The translations under genes were made by a program, and so were the position numbers. The notes beneath the pieces are model-generated. The model was not told the origin of the DNA. It made no database searches and worked only from the letters and a program-made list of their open reading frames with translations. Below, one piece after another: positions 11,401-25,626 of a stretch of DNA of 64,000 nt. The DNA is from Azolla caroliniana (Eukaryota > Plantae > Polypodiophyta): positions 5,828,001 through 5,892,000 of the forward strand of contig JBHGNT010000014.1 of the NCBI GenBank assembly GCA_043228905.1. The letters are read 5' to 3'. How positions within the stretch are numbered: position 1 is the first letter of the stretch; each line of letters begins with the position of its first letter.

Positions 11401-14400
11401 CGATTTTGGTCACTCGAGCCTGCTTACGAAAGCTTCGGACGATCTACATACACCACTATGGCCTTCTCTTATCCCCGTTACATCGGTGAGCCCGATGCGG
11501 AGGCTCACACCCGAGCCTTCCTCAACATCTGGAACGTGAACCATGTGTGACAAAGACTTCCGGAGGCCGAAAACAATGCTTTGAACATTGCCAAGTTCGG
11601 GCTTACTCTCGATAGACGAGGAGCGCGATGGCACTCGTAGCCCGATCAATCGACTTTTACGACCTTCGATCAACTCCGTATGGAGTTTCTTTGATTATTT
11701 CACTGGAGTGTCCCGCAGCGAGAAATCATAAGGCAGTTCTATTCTATCCGACAGTTACAGGAGGAATCGGTCACCGATTTTATCATCTGGTTCTAAAACC
11801 TATGAAGCTAGCTTACACGGGTGCCTATCGACGTTCGGCATGCTCGACTTTATGGGCCAGACGGCGGACATGGTTATCGACCAGGTTCTTTGCATAGAGC
11901 TAGAGGACACAGACGAAGGTATGTCCATGACATCCTTACGATATGCGCTACCGCGAGACAACGAGTATCGGTTTAGGCAGGCCATTCAATGTACACTCTA
12001 TCTTAACTCCGGAGTCTAGACATCCAGCGGTCGACTGCAACATGTGGGCTCACTTCCCTATTTGCCATTCTCGGGCACATACGGTCGACCAATGTGAATA
12101 CAACCTTCTGAATCGACCCTCAGTGCTGGTTCGACGGATCAAACCACAGCGTAACAATCGGCAGCCCCACGATTGCTTGCGACAGGATGACAGTTAACGG
12201 AAAATGGACCAGATTCGAAGCAATAACCACAATGAATGTAATAGTTGAGACGATGATCAATACTGGGACGAGGATGATCAAGAGGAAGATGACTATGATC
12301 GGAATGACTGGTATAACGACCGCGGAGGGCGACACAACAGGAATCAGTGTTCCACGAACAGTCAAGGTGGACAGGTTGAAACACGGGCATACGGAGGAGA
12401 TCTACACCCATGGAACCATCACCACCACAATGAAAGCTCGGAGGAGGACCGACGTCACCCACAGAATAGTAATTGTCGTGATTACCGCAGGTCAACATTA
12501 ATCACATGCGTCAAGACGCGGCAACCAGGCATCATCCTCCCACATAGAGGACACGACACCAGGGAAAGATCCAGTATGGCAGGCCCTTGGGGATTGCCAA
12601 ATCACCCTGACAATGAACACGTCGTAGAGACCCGGATGCGTAGCATAGACAGAGTCGACATCACGACCCCTTTCGCCAAATCCAATACAGGGCCGGTCGT
12701 GATAGACCACCATAATCCAGCTATAAAGGTGCTCCTGCAAAGGGAAAGAAAACTCAGGGTGCATAGTCAATGGCGGGTCGAGAGTGAATGTTATTAGCAA
12801 GGCCACCTGCAACCGCCTCGGCATCACAGAGTGGTAAGTATGCCCATTCTGGCTCCTCATGGTGGATACGCAATCTGTTCGACCACTCGGGCTACTCCGC
12901 AAGTTAGAAATCATAGTAGGCGACCATACATTGAAGATAACGGTCATCGTACTAGCCCTGGATGCCCCTGGCACGTACCCCCTCCTGTTACGCCACCCAT
13001 GGCTATGTTCCTCTAACATCAAGAAGAACTGACAACACAAAAACATTAGTATTCGTCGAGGCCAAGCTAAGGTTCGGGTTCCAACACAGGAGAGCACACC
13101 ACCTACTAAGGCTATGTCTCTGCTTTACGTGAAGGAAATCCACATGCTAGAGGGGACACATACCTGGAGGAGGATCCTCGAATCGTGTCACTATTCGAGA
13201 TCGATGTCATCGAGATAGCCGGCGCATATAACACCTATGGCACCAGACGCGGAGAACCTGATATAGAGGCACTCATGGAACTCTGTGGGGCACGGGATGC
13301 GTTTGATCGAGAAATGGAAATCTCTCGATGCATCATGGCATCGGGCTTAGAAGAAATCAATGTCAGTACTGCCAATGCGTTGCGACCTCTCTCCATAGCA
13401 AAGGATCTACCTCCTTCGGCGAAGGCAGCCATGATAGACCTCCTACATGAATATAAAGATGTGTTTGCATGGTTGCATGAGGATATCAAGGGACTAGATC
13501 CCAAATTCTATCAACATCAAATTAATCTAGGGACGGACGCAAAACCTGTCCAGCAAAGGCGCTACCGCATGAACCCAAACTATGCGGCACGCGTAAAAGA
13601 AGAAATTGATAAGCTCTTAAAAATTGGGTTCATCAAACCAGTCAAGAGAGCAACGTGGCTGAGCCCGATTGAAGTCTTCCCAAAGAGGAACGGAAAAATC
13701 CGTGTTTGCGTCGACTACATGAAGCTCAACGCGGTCACGATCACAGATGCCTTTCCCCTTCCGTTCACGAATGACGTACTCGACACCATAGCCGGGCATG
13801 AGATGTATAGCTTTTTGGACAGCTTCAACGGATATAATCAGATACGCAGGCATCCTAACGACCAGGAAAAGACCGCGTTCATGACAGATTGGGGCATATT
13901 CGTGGTTGTAGTGATGATATTCGGGCTTAAAACTGCACCAGCAACATTTCAGCGCATCATCACCGAATGTTTTGGCGAGTATATCCCCAGTTTCATGCAG
14001 GTCTTCCTCAATGATTTTGCACCAAGCATTTACGACACCTCCGGTTGTGTTTAAAGTGATGTCGCTGAGCACGACTTAGCCTTAATCCAGCCAAGTGCGC
14101 GTTCGGCGTAACTAGCGGGGCTCTCCTCGGTCACATAGTCAACCGAGAAGGCATTGCGGTTATTCCAGGAAAGATCAAGGCCATCATTGAGGCCCCGACC
14201 CTGAAAAAAGCAAAGGCCCTTAGTCGTTTTTTGGGGCAGATCCCCTGGCACAGTTGGATGTTTCGCTATCTACCAAATTTCACGACACCATTGTATGCGG
14301 CGGTGCACCACACACCATTCAGTTGGAGTGACACAGAAGATGAGGCGTACATGGCATTAAAGGTAATGTTCACACAGGCACCAATAGTACAACCACTGGA

Positions 14401-16540
14401 CTAGATGAAGCAGTTCCATGTTTGCGTAGATGCGTCAGATATAGCCATCGGCCACGCACTACTGCAATTGCCCGAGTCAAATTGGTATCGGCCAATATAC
14501 TACTCCAACCAGAAATTGTCGGTCGCCGAGCGTAACTACTCCACGACCGAACGTGAAATTTTGTCTTCCATGTCGATCACGCGGCACTACTCTATCTGGT
14601 CTCGAAGCAGTCGCTTACAGGGAAGTTGGCATGATGGATGCGGTTGCTACAGGAATTCGAGTTCAAAATCCAGCATCGACCAAGCGCTCAACACAAGGTG
14701 GCTGATTATCTAAGTCATATCGAAAATGGAGAGGAAGCAGTCAAAGCGCTCAACACTAGACGGTATTTGGCGAAGGTGTGTTCAGCAGGATGGAAAAAGA
14801 CGTGGTCCTATATGAAGCCCATTGCAATATAGTCAGGGGCCATTACGCAGGTGAGATGACCGCACTGAAGATATGGCAAGGTGGCCTCTGTTGGCCAACA
14901 ACATAGAAGGACGCCCAAACGTACTATCAGGAATACGACCTGTGTCAGAGGATATGCAGCGAGCCCAAAAGCTGCATCAGCTCGTTCTTCCAATCAAGCC
15001 ATTCCAAAAATGAGGTCTTGATTTCGTCAGACCATTTACCCCATCCGTGGCACGCACAAGTAACAAGTATATTCTGGTCACAACAGATTACTGCACCAAA
15101 TGGGTCGAAGCGAAAGCTTTACGGGACAATACGGCAGCGTCTACGGCCAAATTTTTGTACGAGAACATCTGGTGCCGCTTCAACTATTTGATCAAACTAA
15201 TTAGTGACCAAGGAGGCCACTTCCTAAACGCAATGATTCAGGGGCTCACGGACCATTACGTCGTAGTCCACAAAAAGAGTACCCCCTACTACCCCTAGGT
15301 GAATGGACTCATGGAGTTGACGATTAAAATGTTACAGAATATCCTAAAAAGGATTGTCAATGAAAACCGCATGGATTGGGATACGAAGCTTCACAGTGCC
15401 CTATGGGCATATCAAACAAGCTTCAAAACTAGTATCCAGTCTAGCTCATTCCGGTTAGGATTTGGACTCGAAGCCATGATGCCCATCGAGTTCCAAGTTC
15501 CGAGATTACGAATATAGATTCAAAAGTGCCTCCCTAAAAAACAGTCGGAACAGATACGCCTGCAACAACTTCTCGAACTCGGCGAAGATAGGGTTCAGAG
15601 CCTGACAATCCTGGAACAGGAGCAACGTTGTTGAAAGGCGTATGTGGATCGGCATCGAGAAGATAATGAAAAGAATTCCAAAATCAGAAAAGTCGTGTTG
15701 GTGTTCCAAACATAGATGGGACAAATGCCCGGTAAACTCTGATTTTAGTGGACAAGGCCGTATTGGATAATCGGTGTCGTCAATGGTATGTTCGAGCTCA
15801 ACACTATCATCGGGGAAGTGTTATGACAGAAGGTCAAGGCTTCCGGCTCAAGCTGTACTGGGGTCCCACACCACCGAACCCTTTCCGTTACGCCATGGAA
15901 TCAATGGGGGAATACGCCGACCCACTCCCAGCCGAATCCACTTCGGGGGAGGGGCCCATATCGCATTAAATGTGACCCTCACCCTGTAATCATGTATCGT
16001 TAATATACCATAGTAACAACCATGACCGTTAATTGTGGGAATGGAAAGAAAAGGAGGGCATTCAGAACTATTTAAAAGATTTTTGCATGCAGCCATAGAT
16101 CCCAACAAAGCAAGTACACACCTACAGATCATGGCCCGACGAATCTTGAACCCTAACTTTCCAACCTCACAAAAAGGGGATTCGAGCCATTTCTCTACAC
16201 ATAGCAGAAAAGCCCCTCGCTCCCACAGTCTCTTATATTCTCGCTCTCTTCCCTGAACCCGTCCCTCTCGTTCTTCCTAGCACAAAGACAAACCCTCTAC
16301 GCTGTTCGACAACAATATCGCCATGCCGATTGACATTTCCCCTGTTCTTCGACGATGGCCTCAGTGGGTACATCTTAGTGGTGGAGGCACTATCCCACCC
16401 CAATTCCCACGACATGGAGGTGAAAATAAACATTGAGGCCATCACCAATGCCAGTATCAAAAAAAAGTTGGGCTTAACACCGATTGAGGTTCTCAAACAC
16501 TATTTTGGTCAACATTCCATCTCCGTCAAAGCCTACAGGA

Positions 16541-19500
16541 TGTCATGATATGGCAAGACTCGAACCCGTGACCTTATGTTACATGGGTCGAGCTCTTGAT
16601 CATTATACCATCTATTGTAATACGAAAAATATTATTTTCATTTAAGTTTTATTATAGAAAATTGATGTATATTCCAGATTTCTCTAGAACATTCTAGAAA
16701 CTTCAGGAATACTCCTGAGAACACTATAAAAAGAGGCACAAGGCATTATTTCAAACCAAATCGGTTCAACACCAGTCTTAAGCCTCCTTGACTTCCTTGT
16801 ATATTCTTCTCACATAATATATCGATGTCATCATCATTTCCTCTCACTCTCTCTCTCTCTCGCTCCCTCTCTATCTCTCCCTCTCCTTCTCTCGAGTGTT
16901 GTACACCCTCTATTCTTCTTAGTACTAATATTTCTCTCTTAGTACTAATTTTGTCTCTGTCTCAGTACTAATCCTGATAGTTTGAACCGATTTTTCTTTT
17001 GTCTCCTCCTTGTATCTTCTTATGTCTCCCCCCCTTCATACTAATCTCTTATTCCTCTTTCCTCTCATCCTATGGCCACTGTTAGCACTCAAGAATATCA
17101 ATCTGTTTTCTCAAAGTTGTAATGCTTGAAAGAGAAGTTCCTTGCTTTGGAACAAGAAAATCATCAGTTGTTGGGGGATCTTCAACAAATCTCCTTAGAA
17201 AAGCAGCAAACGCAACAACAACATGGGGAACATTTCGAAGCAACCATCATAGCGATGCAACAACAAGGACCATGAACAGAAGGGATTTATAAAGAACCCA
17301 AGATCGGCCTTCCCATGAAATTCGATGGAACGCGATCGTAGTTTAGACGGTTCCTTAATCAGGTACGATTAGTCATTCAAATGCATCCTTCTCGATATCC
17401 CACTGATGCATCACGAGTGGGTTTAGTAGGCACGTTGTTAAGTAGCTCAGCATTGGCATGGTTCGCTCCATTGTTAGAAATGGAATCTCCATTACTAAAC
17501 AATTTTGAAGACTTTATAAGTGAGTTTAAAGCCTGTTTTGGATATACTTACATCATAAGGATAGCAATCAACAAAATCCGACGACTACGTGAAGGCGATC
17601 GTCCAGCCTCCGCATACGCTGTAGATTTCCGTCTACTCGGCTTCGATATCCCCTGGGATGATCAAGCATTAATGGAGAAATTTCGTTATGGTGTCCGCAA
17701 CGATGTCAAGGATTTACTCTTGACCTTCCCCGAAGAACCAAAGTCATTAACAGAAGCAATCAGTTGCGCGGTGAGATGCGACAACCGCCTTTTCGAACGA
17801 CGTTCGGAACATCAATTCCAGATGCCAAGGTCAATATCAGAGCCCACCTACACCTCAGTGGTAGCGAAACCTTTTCCAAGGGAGTCATATAATGTGTCTC
17901 CAGTAAGTACTCCAACTCCGATGGAAATTGACATTGCACGTCGTCGCGGACCGTTATCGGAAGAAGAAAAGCAACGACGCCGAGCAAACTGACTATGTCT
18001 TTATTGCGGTGGAGCAGGGCATATTGCAGTAAATTGTCCCCATAGGCCAAGAAGACAGGTAAACCAAATAGTTGCTAGTTCTGATTGTACTACACCTGAG
18101 TCTATTTCAGTAGGAATATCTGATAGTCCTAATAGTACTAATAGCCCAAATATATCAAACAGATTTGATGTCCTTAGTTAGTTGGAAGAAGAGTTAAACG
18201 ACTAAGTCCAGCCAAAATAGGAGTCGTTTGGTTGGACAGACCTAGATCTGTACAACCCATTACTGGTTCCATTACCTCTAAGCAAGTTAGCAATGTGTTC
18301 GTAGCTCAAGTAACAGTTAGTACTAAAAGTACCTCTCCAGTACATGTCTTAGCACTCCTAGATTTCGGAGCTAATTCTTGCTTTATGGATAGGAAATTTG
18401 CCCAAGCTCATTAGATATCCCTAAGAAAACTCCTGTGTCCAACCTCTGTAGTAGTCATTGATGTTCGTCCCATTGCTTCCGGAAATATCATAGAAGAGTC
18501 AGAGCCCGTTAATATTGTCCTAGATAACTGAGTGTGTGTAGTATCATTTAATATAATTAGTATCCCAAAACATCCCATAGTTTTGGGATTACCATGGTTC
18601 GAATTACATAACCCAGACATAGATTGGAGAACAAAAGAAATCCAGTGTCAACAAACCCAAGGATCTACTCATAAGATTGCAACCATTTAGCTACATCAAT
18701 TGCATGAGGAAGGACACAAGGACGAAATGTTTCTCTTCGTGATATCAATAAAACCCTCTAGCACCACTAAAGAGGAGTCCATCGTTCAACTTCCAGAGAA
18801 GTATCATCATTGTGTCGATGTGTTCGATAAAGTACAAGCCAATATGCTCCCTCACCATCGACCGTATGATTGCCCCATCGATTTACAACCGGGAAAAGAG
18901 CCATCATGGGGACCGATCTACAATTTGTCACCAACCGAGCTAGAAGTCCTTCAAGCCTATATAGAGGAGAATTTGCAAATGGTTTCATTCGACATTCGAA
19001 ATCTCCAGCCGGCGCATCCATTTTCTTCGTCAAGAAAAAGGATGGATCACTTCGTCTTGTCGTAGATTACCATGGCTTGAATAAGGTCACCATCAAGAAT
19101 AGGTATGCACTTCCCCTTATCTCAAGTCTTTTAGAACGGATCAATGGTGCAAGGTTCTTCACAAATATCGACTTACAAGGAGCATATAACCTCGTACGGA
19201 TCCGACCAAGAGATGAATGGAAGACCGCATTTCACACCAGATATGGGCACTTCGAGTATACGGTCATGCCATTCGGCCTCATTAATGCGCCAGTAGTCTT
19301 CCAGCACATGGAAAATGATATATTCCGAGATCTCTTGGATGTTTGTTTGTTTATCTATTTGGATGATCTACTGGTTTATTCGAAGACCCAAGAAGAGCAT
19401 GATTCTCATGTACTATTAGTACTAAAACGACTTCGAGAACATGGTCTTTATGCAAAGCTGGAAAAATGTAGTTTCTGTGAAGAATAGTGCGCAATATCAC

Positions 19501-22500
19501 TCGGCCACAACCAAGTCTTGAATCACAGAAATGGGAATGAATGAGAGAGTACACAGAAATGGCATAGGATGTTTACGTGAAAAAAGCCCAATAGGAAAAA
19601 AAAAACCACGGGAGCCCACAGACTCCAACTATCACTATATGAGAGGAAAATACAAAGTGGAGGCACAGAGGCAACGACCCCGTGCTCGCGATCTTCGCTA
19701 GACGGCGGTTACAACAGAGAGTGCTCGTAGCTACTCTCTCGCTCTCTCTGTACAGTAGTTAGGCACATACAACAATATGACAATAACAACAACCTCACCC
19801 ACACAAAGTGATTGCCCTAAGTCATATTTATACTTATATGAACTTAGGGCTATTTACAAATATAGCCTCAATAGGCTTACTCAAAAACATATTTACAAAT
19901 ATGTCTTCTCTTCCGGTTCTCACCGGGTCTCCTCCGGTTTTTAGATCTCTTCCAGTTCTCACCGGGTTCTCTTTATTCATCACCGGATCCTATCCGGAGA
20001 GACCGATTTCCCAACAGTTTCGGGTGCAACCAGGTAGAATTTCTGGGTTATGCCATTTCCTCGAAAGGCATCTCCATGGATCTAGCTAAGGTCAAAACGG
20101 TGGTAGAGTGGCAGACTCCGCATTCGTTACGAGATGTGCAATGCTTTTTAGGCTTGCTAATTTTTACCGCAAGTTCATACAGGACTACTCAAAGCTTGTT
20201 CTACCTCTCACTCAGCTTACCAGAAAGGGACAATCGTTTGTTTGGTCTGAAGAAGCGGACATGGCTTTTGAGAGTCTTAAGAAGGCATTTAAATCAGCTC
20301 CTATTTTAGCTCATGTTGATCCAGAAAAACCATTCATCATTGAAGCAGACGCGTTGGATTTTGCCTTGCGTAGCATTCTATCTCAACAAGGTGATGATGA
20401 AAAGCTACATCCGTTGGCTTTCCACTCACGCAAGTTTGACACTGCGGAAATCAACTATGAAATTCATGATAAGGAGCTATTAGCAATCATGGACTCTTTT
20501 ACGCAATGGAGGCATTTTCTAGAGGGGTCTTCTCATCAAGTCACCGTATTCAGTGATCACAAAAACCTTGCCTACTTTCAAAATAATCGTGTGTTAAATT
20601 GATGTCAAGCTCGGTGGGCCCAAGTCCTCACTCGTTTTGACTTCAAAATTACATATCATCCCGGCGCTCGTATCTAGCCCCGCATCCCGGCGAGCCGGCT
20701 TTCGATAACCAAAAGCAAGTAATCCTAGGACCGGCACGACTCCAAGCAACGCAGGTCTTCGATATGCCCTTGGATTCCCACGTTATCGATACCATACATG
20801 AGGACTTGAAGACAGATGCTTTCGCCCAAGCCATTCTAGCACAAATTGATCCCTCTCAAGCATCTTCTTCACAGTCGTAACAACCAGGTACAGACTATTG
20901 ACAATTCGAATGTCATGATGGATTACTATTCTTTAAGAAACTCTTGTATGTTCCTAATGGTACTTCATGCCTTCAAGTAGTCCAAAACTGTCATGACACA
21001 TATACAGTTGGGCATTTTGGTAGTACTAAAACATTGGATTTAGTACAACGATCATTCTGGTGGCCCCATATGCGTCAATTTGTCGAAGATTTTGTTCGGA
21101 CTTGTGATATATGTTGCAGAGCAAAAATGCCAAGGCATCATCCATATGGTTTATTAGAACCATTACCAATTCCAAGCAAGCCATGGCAATCCATTGCTCT
21201 AGATCTTCCGGTCTCTAAGGGATTCAATGTGATCTTAACAGTAGTAGATCGATATACGAAGATAGGCCATTTCTTGCAATGTACAAAGGAAAATTCGAGT
21301 GAGGAAACCGTTGAAACTGTCATGCGTGAAGTATGTCGGCATCATGGCCTTCCCGATAATATCATCAATGACCGTGGACCCAAATCCATCTCGAAGTTCT
21401 GGAAGCACCTCTTTAAAATGCTTAAGGTCACTTGTAATGTCTCCTCCGTCTACCACCCACAAACAGATGGCCAAGAAAAACGAACTAATCAAACGCTAGA
21501 GCAGTATCTGCGGTGTTTCCTAAGCTATCATTAAGATGACTGGGTGGATATTCTCCACTTCGCCGAATTTGCGTATAATAACTTTGTCCACTCATCGACA
21601 AAGGTTACACCATTTTATTCTTATACGAGATGTCACCCCCGGTGGTGTGTATTTGAAACTCCAGAATTACCCACAAATCCCTACACAGAGGATCGTTTAG
21701 AGCGGTTACGCAAGATACAAGTGGATTTATCTATTCATCTAAAACACGCTCAACAAACACACAAGGTTTACGCAAATCGTCATCAGCTCTATCCAATTTT
21801 AACATTGGCGATCGGGTATGGCTACTACGACGACACATCAAGACTACTCGCCCATGTGAGAAGTTGGATTATCGGCAATTAGGTCCTTTTCATATTATCG
21901 GAAAAATTAATGATGTCGTTTTTCGTCTCGATCTACCTCTGCAACTTCGGATACATCTGGTGTTTCATAGTTCGCTCCTCGAACCTTATCAAGACAGCAC
22001 CATCCTAGGTCGTATTAAACAACCTCCACCCCCAATCGAACTTGACAATGGGCCTGAGTACAAGGTTGCCATCATCCTCGATTCCAAGATTGTTCGCAAC
22101 AAGCTCTACTATTTAGTCGATTGGCTAGGATATAGTCCCAACGACCGTACCTAGGAACCGATAGAGAATGTGACCAATGCTCGTGCTCTTCTTGAAGACT
22201 TCCATCGCCAATATCCAGACAAATCGGGTCCTCACTCCAAAACGACTCGTGACACTCGTCGTTTTAAAGGGGGGATAGTGTCATGATATGGCAAGACTCG
22301 AACCTGTGACCTTATGTTACATGGGTCGAGCTCTTGATCATTATACCATCTATTATAATACAAAAAATATTATGTTCATTTAAGTTTTATTCTAGAAAAT
22401 TGATGTATATTCCAGATTTCTCTAGAACATTTTAGAAACTTCAGGAGTACTCCTAAGAACACTATAAAAGGAGGCATAAGGCATTATTTCAAACCAAATC

Positions 22501-22573
22501 AGTTGAACGCCAATCTTAAGCCTCCTAGCCTTCCTTGTATATTCTTCTCACATAATATATCGATGTCATCATC

Positions 22574-22631
<58 letters not shown>

Positions 22632-22708
22632 CTTCTCTCAAGTGTTCTACACCCTCTATTCATCTTAGTACTAATATTACTCTTTTAGTACCAATTTCGT
22701 CTCTGTCA
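16541..22708 (+). mobile_element. Ty3/Gypsy chromovirus 2 (same family as chromovirus 1), decayed
   Basis: LTRs 16541-16979 and 22279-22708 (3' LTR lacks about 18 bp near its end). PBS GTTTGAACCGATTT at 16980 and PPT AAAGGGGGGATAG before 22279. gag-pol is collinear with element 1, including the chromodomain. Probable TSD CAGGA/CAAGA. Confidence 0.94.
19476..20016 (-). mobile_element. Copia solo LTR inserted in chromovirus 2 RT, 5-bp TSD GTTTC
   Basis: TG...CA termini, GTTTC at 19471-19475 and 20017-20021. RT reading (KCSF|GCNQVEF) is restored on removal. Similar to the LTRs at 26860 and 54131. Confidence 0.93.
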
Positions 22709-24046
22709 CAAGACACGAGACGCCCCTGATCCCTTTTTCCACGAAATCATGAAGCTCCTATTAGAAGTGGGTTGCGTACACTCGAATGTGTATGGGATGC
22801 CGAAGCAGAAGTCTGACATCATCATCGCAACCTTCGAAGAACAAACCGTTCATTGGGGTGTGATTACAGGGTAGTTCCTGTGCGAAGGACTCCATGCCTT
22901 CTACGCAGGTAAGAAGCTCCGCCCAATAATCCAACTGTATTTTACGATATTGTTTCCCCCACAGGCACTCCTAGCTCCGGGCTCGGCCTCCCATCACCAA
23001 CACAGTGTCCATAGAAGCGGAGGCTTACAGGCCTCGCCACGACCGAATGGGAGAAAGAAGAGAGCACTTGAGCCTCAGAACCTGTAGTTCCCTGAGATGA
23101 GTAGTACACCCCTCTTGAGGTGGAAACAGAAGAACAACCAATCATCCCCAAGCCCAAAGGCTGCCAACTTGATCGAAAAGACGATCGGTGTTTGGTAAAA
23201 TATGCGGCGGCACAGCCTACCTCTGTCGTAACAGTCGAAAAGGAGCCCACACAGCTGCTTGAAGAAATTTTGCGGTCCCATTCAACCCTGACCGGATATA
23301 TAGAACGAGGCAAAGGCATCCTCATGCCGGATAATGTGGTAATGGCTTACCAGGAGATGCCAGCCGTGGCCCACGAATTTGCAGCGCTGCTCCAATTCGG
23401 CACCTCCTTCGAAATCATGGAATTCTTAGCCACATAGCAAATCAAGGTCTCGCAACACATGGCGGAGGAGCACGAGGAAAGGCAAATGATTGAGCGATCC
23501 CTGGCCAAAATGATCAAATGAGAGGAAGAACACGCTCTAAGCAAGATCGGTCAAATGCGGAATGCGGATGAGGGACGTATGGGAATCAAGTTGGCCCCAT
23601 TAAACATAGCCTTAGTCGAAGTACACATGGAGCTCACCATGGTGTGGAATGGAGCAAAAGATATGGTCCACAAGAACAACACGATGAAGAAGGCCAAAAA
23701 GTACGCAAAAGAAGCCACAACCTCCAAGAAGCCACAACCTCAAACACCACCACAGCCACCCGCACACCCAAGCTACAAAAGCTCCAACAAGAGGTCAAAG
23801 CTCATATGGCCATATTGGCTGAGGCCAAAAAGGCCGCGAAAATCGCCAACACGAAAATTGAGAGACTCCGTTCCGAACTCCGACAATCGTCCGATCGAGA
23901 GTCGGATTCCAGGGCGAAGGGATGAAAAGACATAAAAAAGTTCCAAGAAAAATTGGATGCCGAAATCACAGCTCACGACGCAAAGACAACCGAAGAACTC
24001 AAGAAGAAAAGGGAAGAAGACGTTCGAGCTGAAGGGATCAGCGTGG

Positions 24047-25626
24047 TGTCGCGAAAATACGACGAGGATACGTGAACGTTGAGGGAAGACCCCGGGGCCT
24101 TTGTCTAGAGGATATCAAATTCGTGTATTTATGTACTAAGAATTAACCGAAATGAGAAAGATTAACAAATTTCATTAATAAAGGGAAAGAAAGATTACAA
24201 TCAATCTCAAGATTGAGATTACAAAAGTTTTATCTTAAGGAGATTGCTAGAATAATAGATTAGAAGAAACTAAGATATGGATTCCATAGAGATTTAGGGT
24301 TCTTGGCTTTGATAAGAGATTATGGTTATATGAGTATTATGGCTTCCGTAGGGAAAATTAGCGTTTTTGAGTGTTATGGCTTCCGTAGGGAAGATTAGCG
24401 TTTTTGAGTGTTATGGCTTCCGTAGGGAAGATTAGGGTTTTTGGATTCCGTAAGGAAATTAGGGTTTATGAGAGATATTACTTCCCTAAGCTAAGGGAGT
24501 TGAGAAGGAAAAGAAAAAGAAATATATCATATGGAGAGAGCTCTCGAGTATAGGAAAAAAAATGGAATTATATATGGAGTTCCATGTTGATCATATGCCT
24601 ACACTTTTTGTTGCATGGCCTCTACTTTTAGTTGCATAGCTTTTGTTTTCGTTGAATCTATTTTTAGTTGCATGGATTTTTCTTTAGTTGCATGCGACTG
24701 TCCACTTGACCTTTACTTTAGTCTCTTTTACATTTCTTTAAATAGCCACATGATCCTTTTATCCGTTCGATTTGCGTCCAACCTCGTACGGTCGCCGGTT
24801 CCGCCCGATCGCCGAATCCCTCGCCGGCCGGTTCCATTTTGCTTGCCGGCCGATTCCGGTTTGCTTGCCGGTTTCAGTTCCGGTTTTGCTTGCCGGCCAA
24901 TTCCGGTTTTGCTTGTCTGCCGGTTTTGGTTTGCTTGCCGGTTCCAGTTCCGGTTTTGCTTACCGGCCGGTTTCCGGTTTGCATACCGGTTCCGGTTCCG
25001 GTTTCGGTTTTGCTTACCGGTCGGTTCCGATTTTGCTTGTCGGTCGGTTTCCAGTTCCGGTTTTGCATACCGGCCGGTTTCCGGTTTGCATACCGGCCGG
25101 TTTCCGGATTTGCTTACCGGCCGGTTCCGGTTTGCATACCAGTTCTGATTCCGGTTTTGCTTACCGGTCGGTTCCGGTTCCGAATTTGTATATCGGCCAG
25201 TTTCCGGTTCCGGTTTTGCATACCAGTCGGTTTCCGGTTTGCATACCGGCTGGTTTCCTGATTTGCTCACCGGACCCGTTTTCCGGATTTGCTTACCGGC
25301 CGGTTTCCGGATTTAGGGAATTTGGCCACCATCATCCATCAAGACAAAGTGACCAAAGTGCTCTTAGAACAAATGAAAAATGAGGGAGCTCAAGCTGCTT
25401 ATATAGCCAGGGCCTTAACTTTCCTATCTATGTGGGATAGTTCATATTTCCCTATCTTCTCAAACTTTATTTTCACATAACTTGATATGTATTTCTCCAT
25501 TTTGTATATAGTAAAATACATTTTGAAGCTCTTGTGTATATCCATCTTTCTATAGTAAGCTACTAATCTAATCTATAATAATTATTTCGTTATTTCTTTA
25601 CATAGTGTGAGAAGATTCACACGCCA
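24047..25626 (-). mobile_element. Large (~1.58 kb) solo LTR with internal tandem repeats; probable 4-bp TSD GTGG/GCGG
   Basis: TGTCGCG...CACGCCA termini. Removal restores the host reading frame. Contains a ~37-bp TTATGGCTTCCGTAGGGAAGATTAG repeat and a CCGG-rich minisatellite. Orientation is inferred. Confidence 0.75.
24815..25312. repeat. CCGG-rich degenerate minisatellite inside the solo LTR
   Basis: Repeated CCGGTTTGCATACCGG / CCGGTTTTGCTTACCGG units. Confidence 0.9.

Noticed and set aside
24615-25383. Several overlapping 140-200 aa ORFs on both strands
   Set aside because: Artefacts of the stop-free CCGG minisatellite in a solo LTR; the translations are low-complexity.
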